Below are positions 11,446 through 24,022 of a stretch of DNA of 41,756 nucleotides, in pieces. How positions within the stretch are numbered: position 1 is the stretch's first letter; each line of letters starts with the position of its first letter. Under the pieces are notes generated by a model. It worked only from the letters and a program-made list of their open reading frames with translations, had not been told where the DNA came from and ran no database searches. The position numbers were made by a program, and so were the translations under genes. Origin of the DNA: Octopus sinensis (Eukaryota). Where the stretch lies: the NCBI RefSeq assembly GCF_006345805.1, contig NW_021835306.1, forward strand, positions 1 to 41,756. The letters are read 5' to 3'.

Positions 11446-13796
11446 AGATACTGTACTTGATATGGGCGGTAGTGCCTTGCCGATCTATGACCTACCTTCA
11501 ACAAACCGGGAAGGCACAAACACTTTGTCTTCACATTTGCTGCGTGAGACATGTCTTAATGTTGACGAGCTTGCCGAGTACATAGCCGACAATGAGCCAA
11601 AGCTCCTTCCAGAACAGAAGTTCGCTTACAACTCCGTTGTTAATTCAGTCCGGGCCAAAGCTGGGGGATTTGTTTCCTGGACGCTCCTGGGGGCACTGGG
11701 GAAACTTTTGTCAATAAATTAATATCGGCTGAGATTAGGCGAACACAAGGCATTGCCTTAGCTGTGGCATCATCTGGAATTGCGGCTAATTTATTGCCAG
11801 GCGGCAGGACAGCTCACTCCACTTTCAAGCTCCCGCTTGACTTAGCGAAGACTGAAACACCAACTTGCAACATCAGTAACAGCTCCGATCAGGCAGAAGT
11901 CTTCAGACGATGCAAGCTTATCGTTTGGGATGAATGCACGATGGCCCACAGAGGTGCTCTTGAGGCACTAGATAGATCTCTCAGAGACATCAAACACTCT
12001 TCAGCTCCCATGGGAGGCATAACACTTCTTCTTTCAGGAGACTTCCGACAAACACTTCCCGTTATTCCCAAAGGGACTAGAGCTGATGCAGTAAGTGCGT
12101 GTCTTAAGTCATCCACATTGTGGCCACTAGTGAAGACTCTCAAACTTCACACCAATATGCGTGCTCATATGCGACGTGATATCACATCAGCAGCATTTTC
12201 TCACACCCTCCTTGCACTTGGTGAAGGCAAAATACCAGGGGATGAAAATGGTAATATTGCCATCGATTCCATTTGTACCATTGTTAAAACGCCTTCTGAT
12301 CTCAGAGATGCAGTGTTCCCAGATCTACAAGCTAATTATCAGAATATGGATTGGATTGGCCAAAGGGCTATTCTGGCCCCGAGGAATAAAACTGTTCACC
12401 ATATTAATGATGAAATGCTAAAACTCCTTCCTGGGGAAGTCTATGTATATAAGTCTATCGATACAACTCCTGACCCAGAGGACGTCATCAACTATCCAAT
12501 AGAGGTACTCAATTCCTTTGAGCCCCCCGGACTACCACCACACATTCTCAAACTTAAAGTTGGTGCCTCTATAATCCTCATTAGAAATGTGGTTCCTCCA
12601 AAACAATGCAATGGCACACGTTTGATCGTTAAGTCCTTATCTCCCAATCTGATTGAGGCCACCATTATCACAGGATGCGGTCGAGGCAACGTTGTGCTCA
12701 TACCTAGGATGCATCTTTTCCCATCAGGAGCAGACCTACCTTTCATATTTCGGAGGTCCCAGTTCCCAGTAAGGCCATGTTTCGCAATGTCAATTAACAA
12801 AGCGCAGGGTCAAACACTGTCTTTGGCGGGAATACATTTGGGAGAGCCATGTTTCTCTCATGGTCAGCTTTATGTTGCCTGCTCGCGTGTCGGCAGCAAC
12901 AGTGATGCTTTCGCATTCGCTCCACAACGAAAAACATTGTGTACAAGGAGGTTTTATAGGATTACTACGTTTCATCATTTTCGAACACGTTAGTATTTCA
13001 CTTACATACGACTCTCTTTTATGATGGCATTTACATATTTAGGCGTTTCATGACATTAATTCACACTTAACCAACACCTGTCCTTCGCTCACCTCTATTT
13101 CTATCCATTCATCATCAAACCACCAGCCTCATCTTCTATATCCAACGTGCATGACACATATACCCCCTACATCTACATTCTGTTAAAGTTTACATAAGCG
13201 ACAACACGATCGCAACATACACTTTGGAAACTAAGCAACAGATCATTTTATACAACAACACATTTAATCATAACGCCCATCAATGAAAACATCTCCACCA
13301 CTGTGTTGTGATTCATCTATTCAGCATCTCTACAGTCTTGCCGGTCTGACATATGGTGAGTAGATGCTATTGTTCTATATTTTATAAATTACCCATATTT
13401 ACTTACCCATGCTTCATTCTCCTCTTGCCTACATAGGGCGTCCATCCTCTTTTAACACAGCATGAAGTTTTGTAACAGCACATCCGCTGCCGTTCGTGGA
13501 AAACAAAGAGACCCTATTCACCCGCGAACGTTTTACACCGCCTTCCACGACTATCAAATTCTTACAATTATGAGAACAATAACATGGCTCTTTTCAAGGC
13601 AACCTCGCATTCAATTCTTACACCATTCTACGAGGGGGTAGGAACCCCTTTACACGGCTTTCTATACACTTACAAATACATTCATTCGCCGTAAACTTAT
13701 ATCAATATTTGCCTGAATAATCATCATACTTCAGTGCAATCATTAACAGTACTTTCAAGCAATTCTGCCCCGAGCATCGCCGGGCAATTCTGCTAG
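11446..13796 (+). mobile_element. Helitron, 5'-truncated (Rep domain absent)
   Basis: PIF1-type helicase, then an ~830 bp 3' region ending in the GC hairpin TGCCCCGAGCATCGCCGGGCA and CTAG|T at 13793-13797. Confidence 0.9.
11462..12959 (+). pseudogene. Helitron RepHel PIF1-like SF1B helicase domain (frameshifted)
   Basis: Motifs FLDAPGGTGET, VASSGIAA...GGRTAHSTFKLP, LIVWDECTM, LLSGDFRQTLPV, AILAPRN, CNGTRL, FAMSINKAQGQTL and FSHGQLYVACSRV. Frameshifts near 11670 and 12930; the natural end NIVYKEVL* (stop 12957-12959) is in another frame. The open core is track ORF 11764-12993. Confidence 0.92.
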
Positions 13797-13843
13797 TATA
13801 TATATAAATGATATATATATATATATGCATATACATATAACTA

Positions 13844-13880
<37 letters not shown>

Positions 13881-13892
13881 ATATATATAATA

Positions 13893-14926
13893 CTAGCAGA
13901 GATACCCAGCGTTGCCCGGTTACATTCAATTGAAGAATTAGACTTTTCTGTTATATTTTCTGAATGAACTGGAATATCTATGTTTCGAATTTCATCAAAA
14001 TTGCAGATGAGGGTTATTTCCCTCTTTACACACCCTAAAAAAATTGTAATCTTGCCACATGGAAACCAAAAGACGAATGATCACAATAAGCAGTCAGTTA
14101 CCCTACGCTAGTCGTTACCACTCCCGATGTAGGATTCCTCACCATCCAGGTGACAGGCACAGCCGTAAGATGCATTACAAATCTATAGCAATTGGAAGGG
14201 CGCGACCCAACTGAAATCAACATTAACAACTGTGTGACGTGAGGGCTTAGGAGAAATTAAAGTGTCACCTCTGGAGTTTGCAAATGACCACTATACTGAT
14301 ACGTAACTGGACAGAATGAATTTAAAATCTATGAATGTTTTTGAATAACCAGTCACTCATCTGGGAAGGCCTTGTAATCAATGTTACCATCTGGGGACTA
14401 TGTGTGACCGAGTGATAATAAAAAGACTGAAAGGAGGTCTGCAATCAAATAACTTTACTCAACACTTTGCAACTGAATCAGTGGAGACAAAGATGCCGCT
14501 CATTTACTTGACAACTTATGCAGCACATTGCAGAACTCACAATGTAAGTGTATGTCAAAGCAAACTGTTACACTGTTGTACCATTGAATTAGAAATAATG
14601 CCCAACTTTTATGCTCGGGTAACCCTACAGCTTCCAAGAGCACAACTGTATTCGTTTTTGCTTAGATAAAATGACAAAATTGTGGATGTTAAGTCCCCAT
14701 GGAGGGGTCTTTCTAATTTTGTAAGAAGATGAAATTTTATAAATATTCATTTGTGTCTAATATCTATGGTTAAAATTTCATCAACAGAAAAAATATATGA
14801 ATTTTCATGGGGGTTATGGCCCTTATGCTTAGAATATAATTTCCAAATTTCATAAAGATCCATTCAGTACTTTTGACCTAGTTTTGGATCATAAAAAATA
14901 TGACTAAAATTAGAGAGAGAGAGAGA

Positions 14927-14960
<34 letters not shown>

Positions 14961-14974
14961 GATAAATTGATAGA
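13893..14974 (-). mobile_element. non-autonomous Helitron
   Basis: Minus-strand 3' end ACCGGGCAACGCTGGGTATCTCTG-CTAG|T. Candidate 5' end A|TCTATC at 14974 (less certain). Confidence 0.6.
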
Positions 14975-15226
14975 TATAACTGAGTGGGCAAACAAAAATA
15001 TGAGACACAGCCTAGTGCTTTTTTATGTTGATTAGCCTAGTACTTATTCTATTAGTTTGTTTTTGTGAAACCAGTAAGTTTTGTGGATGTAAATAAATGA
15101 ACAGAGGTTGTGAAGGAGTGATGAGGGCGAAACACAGAGACAAAGACACAGACATACACTTACATATATACATACATATGTATACGATTGATTTGTTTCA
15201 GTTCCTGTCTACGAAATCCATATATA

Positions 15227-16890
15227 TTGTTGTTGGCATCCTTTTTGTCTCGGGAGAAAATGGAGTTGCGCATAAAATAATCTAGTCCGGCTTTTACATT
15301 TCATGTCCTAATACATCTCCTACTGTGGTTGTATAGTCCTATCTTGGACAAACACTCCCTAACACTCCCTCTGGCAGGTGCCGCAAATGTAGCGAAGACT
15401 GTTCCTGGCTGGTTGTAGTGTCATAGTTTCTTGTTGACGTCTTTTCTTGTCTTTCCATTTCTCCTCTCTCTTTCTGTCACTCCACGGTTGCTGGCAACTG
15501 CTTGCCAGTTGGTAATATTGATGTTGCAGGCATTCATGCCCTTTTGCAAACATCCTTGTATCGTAAGAACGGTCTTGCCACAGACCTAGTGCCCCTAGCA
15601 AGCTCTCCGTTGAGCATGTCCTTGGGGATTCTGCCATCTTCCATACGGCTAACATGCCCAAGCCATCTCATATGCCTTTGTGTGAGGAATGTAAACATGC
15701 TTGGTATTCCTGCTTGCTTGAGGACATCTTTGTTTGGAACAAGATTCTGCCATTTGATGCGAAGGATTTTCTGGAGGCAGCGCAGGTGAAAGATATTTAG
15801 GCGACGTATGGCATTGTATGGCCTGTGTATGGCGTCCAAGTCTTACTTCCATACAGTAGAGTGCTAAGTACACATGCCTGGTAAATTTTCATTTTTGTGG
15901 TCTTGGTCAGCTTAGTGTTGCCCCATGCCCTTTTGGAGAGTTGGGCCATCGCAGCAGCTGCCTTGCCAATGCGTATATTGAGCTCAGTATCAAGGGATAG
16001 GTTGTAGGTGACGGTAGAGCCAAGATAGGTAAACTTCTCCACCTCCTGTAGTCTGTGGTCTCCAATATGTATGTTTGGGATGGTCGATGTAGCCTGACCC
16101 ATGATGTTGGTCTTCTTGAGGCTGATAGCTAAGCCAAAGTTGCCACATGCTTGCTCAAAACAGTTGTAGGGCTTCTGTGTGTGATACTAGAACGACATCA
16201 TCAGCAAATAGCATCTCCTTGATCAGGACGCTTCTGATTTTTGTCTTGGCACGCAGACGCGAGAGATTGAACAAGTTTCCCATCACTTCTACTGTGCAGA
16301 AACACTCCATCATCTGATGTCACAAAGGCATGGGACATCAGCAGCGAGAAGAAGATGTCAAATAATGTAGGAGCAAGGACACAACCTTGCTTTACCCCAT
16401 TTTTTATTTGGAAGGCGGCTGATGTTGAGCCATTGTGCTGTATGGTGCCTTGCATATCATCATGGAAAGATTTGATGATCCTCAGCAGCTTTGGTGGACA
16501 TCAGATTTTTTGGAGCAGGAGGAAGAGGCCTTTTCTACTTACCAAGTCAAAGGCGTTTGTCAGATCAATGAAGGCCATACATAATGGCATTTTCTGCTCT
16601 CTGGACTTCTCCTGAAGTTGGCGTATGGAGAATATCATGTCAATAGTTTATCTGCTTCTTCTAAAGCCACACTGCGATCCTGGATAAATTTGAGAAGCAA
16701 GCAGTTGCAGCCTGGACAGGATAATGCGAGCAGAGGCCTTTCCAACGGTGCTTAGAAGAGATATACCACGGTAATTGTTACAATCACCACGGTCACCTTT
16801 GTTTTTGTAAAGCGTTTTGATGATCTCTAAGGGGATGCCGTCTTTTCCCGGAGCCTTGTTATTTGCTAGGGAGTCAATAGCCTTGGGAGC
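15227..16890 (-). mobile_element. RTE-clade LINE, 5'-truncated and decayed RT
   Basis: YRGISLLS, IDMIFSIRQLQEK, AFIDLTNAFD, GVKQGCVLAPTLF, MLFADD, VEKFTYLGS, LNIFHLRCLQKIL, RWLGHVSRMEDGRIPK; (CAA)n tail at about 15227. Several frameshifts. Confidence 0.93.
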
Positions 16891-17200
16891 TATTTTATGG
16901 ACTCAAACATGTTCTAAAATAAGTCGAAAGATAAGCTACTATAGATCGGCACGAACTTTCCGGACAACCCAATATTTCTATATTTTTATCATGAAACTCT
17001 TAACATAAATATGTGTATATTCGTATGGAATAATACCTCATGTGCTACATCTGAATTTTCTTGTCTGAATGTTTTAAGACAAATATCCGAAATTTTTATC
17101 GTATACCACATTTTATTAATACTTAGCTCATATACGGAAACAAAAATGTTGTACTATATACTGCAGGTTATCTCCATTAAAATTCTCGTATTATATACAT

Positions 17201-17233
<33 letters not shown>

Positions 17234-17235
17234 CA

Positions 17236-17962
17236 CACTGGCGAAAATAAATTTAAGACCGATGATAAAAGTTCTATTTCTTACAAAATATTCTGTTACT
17301 AGTCCTTTGCCGATCTTTATATTTGACGAGTCTCCGAGTATAACTTCCACGCTTGCACGCAAGCCGGTTTACTGCACTTTAGTTGCTTGCTGATGTTCGA
17401 AAAGGAAACTTTTTTGCTGTAAAATACGATTTTTGCTCTCGTGACTGGACTAAGGCTACGTTGTTTTCCCATTATTAATAAATTATATAATAACATTAAA
17501 TTATAACTTTATATGGTGCATTAGGCTCGTTGTGTGACCACCCATTTTGGCCAAAAAATTATATACATATTACCTGGTCTTAAACTAATTTTGCCGGTAA
17601 ATTTGAAACGTTTATATTACGTTCTGAGTTCAAATTCCGCCGAGGTCGACTTTGCCTTTCATCCTTTCGGGGTCGATAAATTAAGTACCAGTTACGCACT
17701 GGGTTCGATATAATCGACTTAATCCGTTTGTCTATCCTTGTTTATCCCCTCTATGTTTAGCCCCTTGTGGGCAGTAAAGAAATATATATTAATTTAGCAT
17801 TAGAATTCTTCAAGTTGTATAAAAATTGTTTGCATCATTCGAAAGAGAAATAAATTTTGCATAAGGTGAAAAAGATATAAATAATTTGTATGGTGTTAGT
17901 AACAAAATATTTTGTAAGAAATAGAACTTTTATCGTCGGTCTTAAATATATTTTCGCCAGTG
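17236..17962. mobile_element. Tc1/mariner-type MITE with 66-bp TIRs
   Basis: 17236-17301 (CACTGGCGAAAATA...GTTACTA) is an imperfect inverted repeat of 17897-17962. TA follows the right end and CA precedes the left end. Confidence 0.85.
17618..17783 (+). mobile_element. SINE family A, 5'-truncated, nested in the MITE
   Basis: TTACGTTCTGAGTTCAAATTCCGCCGAGGTCGACTTTGCCTTTCATCC...AAAGAAATA. Confidence 0.9.
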
Positions 17963-17967
17963 TATAT

Positions 17968-18411
17968 ATCACAAGTCACCCCATAAGTTCTGTCCAAATT
18001 TTGGATAAAGAATGCAAGTGATCAAATGTTATATTTAATTAAAAGTTAATGATCAATGTACTTTCCCTGATTATCTATGACTTACTTCCATCTATTTACA
18101 AGCTTTTTAATCCCATCAATGTAAAACTCTTTTGGTTTCAAAGCGAAGAACTCTGAGATGTCAGGTTCGACCTCCTCCTGGCTTGCGAAAGTTGTGTCCC
18201 CCTAATAATTCTGTAAACTATGAAACAAATGGTATCCTGAAGGAGTGAGGTAGGGAGAATAAGTTGGATGAAGAAATTTTTCCAAACCGACCTCTTCGAT
18301 CTTTTGTGATGTGATCTTTGCAGTGTGGGGTTGCGCATTGTCCTGATGAAACATCACTCATTTTCGACTCACTAAAGCGGCTCTTTTTTCCTTCAAAGCT
18401 TGGTTCAAACG
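17968..18411 (-). mobile_element. mariner transposase C-terminal fragment and 3' end
   Basis: [12 protein letters not shown]...LHPTYSPYLTPSGYHLF...FYIDGIKKLVNRWK*VIDNQGKYIDH*, i.e. mariner HDNARPH and YSPDLAPSDYHLF motifs, with internal stops. Coding relic 18046-18411. Confidence 0.9.
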
Positions 18412-18735
<324 letters not shown>

Positions 18736-18741
18736 TCACCA

Positions 18742-18792
18742 GGGAGAGTTACAAAAAAAACAAAAGACGAAGACATGTGTGTACAAAACAAG
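18742..18792 (-). mobile_element. terminal stub of the Penelope-like repeat
   Basis: Reverse complement matches TTGTTTTGTACAC...TGTCTTCGTCTTTTGTTTTTT...AACTCTCCCT at 36241-36293. Confidence 0.7.
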
Positions 18793-18795
18793 ACA

Positions 18796-18839
<44 letters not shown>

Positions 18840-18840
<1 letters not shown>

Positions 18841-19236
18841 TAGCAGTATCGCCCGGCGTTGGTCGGGTTTGTGAGGCAAATAACTATATAAGCATTTTTA
18901 GAGAGTTATAGCTAAAAAAATAGCAAAAAAATGCATTAAAAGTAGGAAAAAAATGATGGTAAATTTTTTTAAAATCGTTGACTCATCGTAGACATTTTTA
19001 GAGAGTTACTTCCCTTATATAATAGCGAAAAAAATGCATTAAAATGGAAAAAAATGATGGTAAATTATTTTAAAAATCGTAGCCTCATCGTAGACGCGCG
19101 CTAATATCCAGAATGGCTTGATATGACTCACGACTATAAGATACTCGGTTTTGGTTAAACTGCACCGCAAAATGTGGGAGTAGTTAGGAATCTAAATCAT
19201 AGGAGACAACACACAACTTCACTTTTATATATAAGA
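18840..19236 (-). mobile_element. short non-autonomous Helitron
   Basis: Minus strand A|TCTTATATATAAAAG...CCCGACCAACGCCGGGCGATACTG-CTAG|T. Internal ~100 bp tandem duplication (CATTTTTAGAGAGTTA...CTCATCGTAGA twice). Inserted in (TA)n. Confidence 0.8.
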
Positions 19237-19253
19237 TATATATGTATATATAT

Positions 19254-19290
<37 letters not shown>

Positions 19291-19375
19291 GAGTGCGACG
19301 CATCTATTCCGAAGTGTATATATATATATATATATATAATATATATATATATATTATATATATATATATATATAG

Positions 19376-19416
<41 letters not shown>

Positions 19417-19442
19417 ATATATATATATATATATATATATTA

Positions 19443-19875
19443 GCCGAATGGTTAGCACGCCGCCGGACAAAATACTTAGCGGCATTCCGTCCGTCTTCGT
19501 TCTGAGTTCAAATTCTGCCGAGGTCGACTACGCCTGTCATCCTTTTGAGGTCGATAAATAAAAGTGCCAGTGAAGCACTGGGGGTCGATGTAATCGACTT
19601 GTCCCTTTTCCCCGAATTTTAAGTCCTTGTGTCTCCAGCAGAAAAGGTTATTATTATTATTATAATGAAGGCGGTGTGCTGGCAGAGTCCTTAGCGCACT
19701 GGGCAAAAACCTTTAGCGGCATTTTCTACGTCTTTAGATTCCGAGATCAAATTCCTATTTAACTCTTCATCCTTTAGGGGTCTATAAAATAAATACCAGT
19801 TAAGTACTGGGGGTCGATATAATCAATTTAGCCCCCTCTTCGAAACTGCTGAACTAGTGCCAAAATTTGAAACCG
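19443..19875 (+). mobile_element. two SINE family A copies
   Basis: GAGTTCAAATTCTGCCGAGGTCGAC...CATCCTTT...GTCGATAAA and a second degenerate copy from about 19668, separated by (ATT)n. Confidence 0.8.
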
Positions 19876-20159
19876 TTATTATTATTAAGCAGAAAAACGG
19901 GTAAAATCAGTAAAACGGGAGTTGATAGTAGTTCTTCATAAATAGGCAAATATCCTGAAAGTTTATATTTCTAATATCTTCCTTCGTTCGAAGCACTAAT
20001 TGCCTGAACTATTTATAAGCCTTTTATCGACATTTTCTCACCCATTCTAAACACACACACACACACACACACACATACGTACACACATACACTGGCGCCT
20101 GGATGGAAATACAAGCCTACTGACATACATATTTATGATACTTTTCACTTAATATCTCT

Positions 20160-20490
20160 CTTTGCCAATTCAATCCAAAATTTAAAACAGGCAATAAGCC
20201 ACGCCCACAAACTGCCAATGAAACTAAATAAAGCTGACGTAAGAAAACTACGAAGGGAGAATATTTAAAGCACAACAGAAAACAAAAGCATGTAAAAGGA
20301 GAAAAGCCTGTATTAGTGTATTTTCTCCCTGGGGACTAACAATTGGTCGACAGCATTAGTTATTAAGCTCCGCCTACATCAGTCGCTCTACAAAATCTGC
20401 CATCAATTGACATAAGCAGTTTTTAATAGCTTCCGTCGGCCAGTAGCGCTGAAGCGAGGATTTCTCTTAAGAGCGAACTATTTCTCCATA
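20160..20490. promoter_or_regulatory. candidate Pol II promoter-like motif cluster
   Basis: CCAAT 20165 and 20215, CCACGCCC 20199, TGACGTAA 20235, ATTGG 20342, CTCCGCCT 20368 and CTTCCG 20430, in apparently unique sequence. Confidence 0.3.
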
Positions 20491-20699
20491 GTATAAACAC
20501 ACACACCACACACACACACGCACACACGCACGCGCGCGCGCACACACACACACACAAGCAAACAAAAAACAAATACACACACTCACACACACACACACAC
20601 ACAAACAAACAAAAACAGATACACACACACACACACACAAACAAACAAAAACAGATACACACACACACGTACGCGCAAGTAGGGGCATGCACACAAACA

Positions 20700-20729
20700 C
20701 AGTCTGTGTGTCTATCTCTCTCTCTCTAT

Positions 20730-20763
<34 letters not shown>

Positions 20764-20879
20764 CTATCTATTAATCTATCAATCTGTCTGTCTATCTATC
20801 TGTCTGTCAGTCTGTCTGTCTGTCTGTGTGCCTATCTATCTATCTACTTATCTACCTATCTATCTATCTACTTATCTAC

Positions 20880-20918
<39 letters not shown>

Positions 20919-21540
20919 CCTATCTATCTATCTATCTGTCTGTCTCTCTGTCTGTCACTCTGTCTGTCTCTGTCTCTCTATCTATCTATCTATCTAACTA
21001 TCTATTTGTCTGTCTGCCTATGTATGTGTCTGTCTGTCTGTCTTCCTATATATGTGTCTGTCTGTCTGTCTCTCTGCCTATCTGTTTCTGTCTGTCTGTG
21101 TCTGTCTGTCTTCCTATATATATGCGTCTGTCTGTCTGTCTATGTATGTCTGCCTGTATGTCTGCTTACATATGTGCCTGTCTGCCTGTCTGCCTGTCTG
21201 CCTGCCTGCGTATGTGTGTCTGTGTTTGTTTGTCTGCCTATCTATTTCAGTTTGCTTGCCTGCGTAGATGTCTGTCTGTCTGTCTGTCTGTCTACCTATC
21301 TATGCCTCTGTCCGTCTGACTAGCTATGTATCTGTTTGTCTGTCTGACTGTCTGCCTAGCTACGTCTGTCTGTCTGACTATGTATCTGTCTGTCTGTCTG
21401 CCTGTCTATGTATGTGTCTGTCTATGTGTCTATATATCTGTCTATGTGTCTGTCTGTCTGTGTCTACCTGTCTATCTGTCTGTCTGTCTGCCTCTCTGGC
21501 TATCTGCCTATCTATGTGTCCGCCTGTCTATCTGCCTATA

Positions 21541-21574
<34 letters not shown>

Positions 21575-21640
21575 CACGTCTGTCTGTCTGTCCATGTGTC
21601 TTTCTCTGTCTCTTTATGTATCTGTCTGACTGTCTATAGT
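20700..21640. repeat. compound (TC)n-(TCTA)n-(TCTG)n microsatellite
   Basis: Directly visible, about 940 bp. Confidence 0.95.
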
Positions 21641-21799
21641 TTTTTCTTTTTCTTTTTCTTTCTTTCTTTGTCCCATTTTCTCTTTTCGTTTTCTACAAGG
21701 GATTGTTGATTGGTTAATATGTGCGTAAACCCGTATAAATAGTATGAACAGACGTATCCCTGTATGCGTATATATTAATAAGTATATATACACGCACAC

Positions 21800-21842
<43 letters not shown>

Positions 21843-22107
21843 ATACATATATGAAGATTTACATATATAGTGTATATGTATTCACGTATGTACGCGCATA
21901 ATTGAAGTATACGCATGTGTATACGTATGCATGTAAGTGTATGTATGTATTTACATATAGAGATACATGCATACACATAATGTTTATATATGTACATGTG
22001 TGTCCCTATGTGTATGTGTGTCTGTATGAGTAGGTGTGTGAGCGCGCGCGTGTGTGTATGCATCTTCTCCTTCATCCTTTGCACTGGTGGCAAATAAAAG
22101 AAATCAC

Positions 22108-22168
<61 letters not shown>

Positions 22169-22169
22169 A

Positions 22170-22578
22170 CTGGTGAGCTGGCAGAAACGTTAGCACGACG
22201 AGCGAAATGCTTTGCGGTATTTCGTCTGCCGTTACGTTCTGAGTTCAAATTCCGCCGAGGTTGACTTTGCCATTCATCCTTTCGGGGTCGATTAAATAAG
22301 TACCAGTTATGCACGATGGTCGATATAATCGACTTAATCCGTTTGTCGGTCCTTGTTTGTCCTCTCTGTGTTTAGCCCCTTGAGGGTAGTAAAGAAATAG
22401 AACTAGGCATTTCTCCCGTCTTTACATTCTGATTTCAAATTCCGCTGAGGTCGACTCTGCCTTCATCCTTTCGGTGTCAATAAATTAAGTACCAGTCAAG
22501 TACTGGCGTCGATGTATTCTACTAGTCCCCATCACCACCACGGCTAAAATTTCAGGCTTTGAGCCTATAGTAGAAAGG
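22170..22578 (+). mobile_element. SINE family A, full copy plus partial copy
   Basis: GGTGAGCTGGCAGAAACGTTAGCACG...GAGTTCAAATTCCGCCGAGG...AAAGAAATA; flanked by (ATT)n. Confidence 0.9.
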
Positions 22579-22603
22579 ATTATTATTATTATTATTATTA
22601 TTA

Positions 22604-22661
<58 letters not shown>

Positions 22662-22665
22662 TTGA

Positions 22666-22950
22666 GGGCACATGGTTTAGTGGTTAGGGTGTTGCTCTCA
22701 CGAGCTAGCGATCGTGATTTCGATTCCTAAACCGGGTTGTGCGTTGTGTTCTTGAGCAAAACACTTCATCTCGTGCTGCTCTGCGATCATTTCGACACGT
22801 GATACGTGGTACAAAGTGTACCTGTTCAAATAATGTCGATTTGATGGACAGAGTCAGCTAATGTGCCGTAGGAACATTTCATCACTATCAACACGTCATA
22901 TGTGCAGATTGTTCGGCAACAGCTGAATTTCATACGTCGTCTACAAAGGG
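22666..22950 (+). mobile_element. tRNA-derived SINE (family C)
   Basis: A-box TGGTTTAGTGG, B-box-like TTTCGATTCC, then TTCTTGAGCAAAACACTT. Confidence 0.7.
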
Positions 22951-22959
22951 AGAGTCGGT

Positions 22960-23125
<166 letters not shown>

Positions 23126-23984
23126 GCCTTTGCACAGCTTCTAACGCTGGAGATGTACTACAGTGTCAGCTGTTCACTACCAGTGAACTAAGGTAACACT
23201 TATTGTTCGACCACCTTCCGGAGTATTCGAGCGGTTCCAAGCAGTGCTGTTTTGTTCAAGTGCTCCACACTTATTGCAGCCCCTATTTTTTCCACGTACG
23301 TCTCGAAGTTTTTGCTCACTGTTCCCAGGGCTCCGACAGTTATTGGTACTACTGCTACATTTTTCATCGACCACAACTGTCATGTCGCTATTAGTTTTAT
23401 CGTCATCTTTTAGATCATCATATGTCTCTCATCAAGTAAACTACCACTGCTCCTTTCCTGAGCTATGGGATTACTCTTATTAGTAAGAACTGTATTTTCA
23501 TTGTTATCACTACTGCTATTTTTCATGACCCGTATTTTGATAGCTTCGATCTCTACCTCCGTGAATCAACAATTTTTTCTTATTGCTCTAGCTTGATCAC
23601 ATAGTCTCTGTTCCTTGAGTTGAAACAATCCTCTTTCCCTCCAATGATCATACGCTGTTGGTAACCCCTAATTTGAGCACCATTTTCATCTACCGAGCTG
23701 CTCAGGTAGTAACACTCCATGACCACAGCTTTAATTTACTTGCTCCATCAACGCCGTGTGTGGTGGTTCTTTTCTGGATATTGACAGGCTGGAGTCGGAC
23801 CAGAATCTCTGAGCCTACCGGGTGTAACACTGTCACCATCATTGGCTTCAGTTCATTTCTACCGTTTTTTCATTGTCACTCATATGAGGTAGCGATTAGA
23901 AGGTTGCGCAATTACCAGTATTGTGACACCATCACTAGATGTATCATTAATCAGCCCATGAGGAGGCTCCACCCGTCTCCTTTC

Positions 23985-23985
<1 letters not shown>
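23126..23985 (-). mobile_element. internally deleted R4/Dong-like non-LTR retrotransposon
   Basis: N-terminal relic VVMECYYLS...RGYQQRM/WRERGLFQLKEQRLCDQARAIRKN at about 23520-23730 and C-terminal relic LWSMKNVAVVPITVGALGTVSKN...LNKTALLGTARILRKVVEQ* at 23200-23379. No RT between them. TAA repeats on both sides. Confidence 0.8.

Positions 23986-24022
<37 letters not shown>

Noticed and set aside
11764-12993. Host PIF1 gene
   Set aside because: It is intronless and frameshifted, has Helitron-type motifs and is followed by a Helitron CTAG terminus.
14280-14670. Faint helicase-like words (ILIRN, GLC/DRVIIKRL) on the plus strand inside the minus-strand Helitron
   Set aside because: Too degenerate to support by eye, and opposite to the orientation implied by the termini.
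22170-22262. tRNA genes (A/B boxes in many places)
   Set aside because: They are SINE heads with no complete cloverleaf, and they continue into shared SINE bodies.
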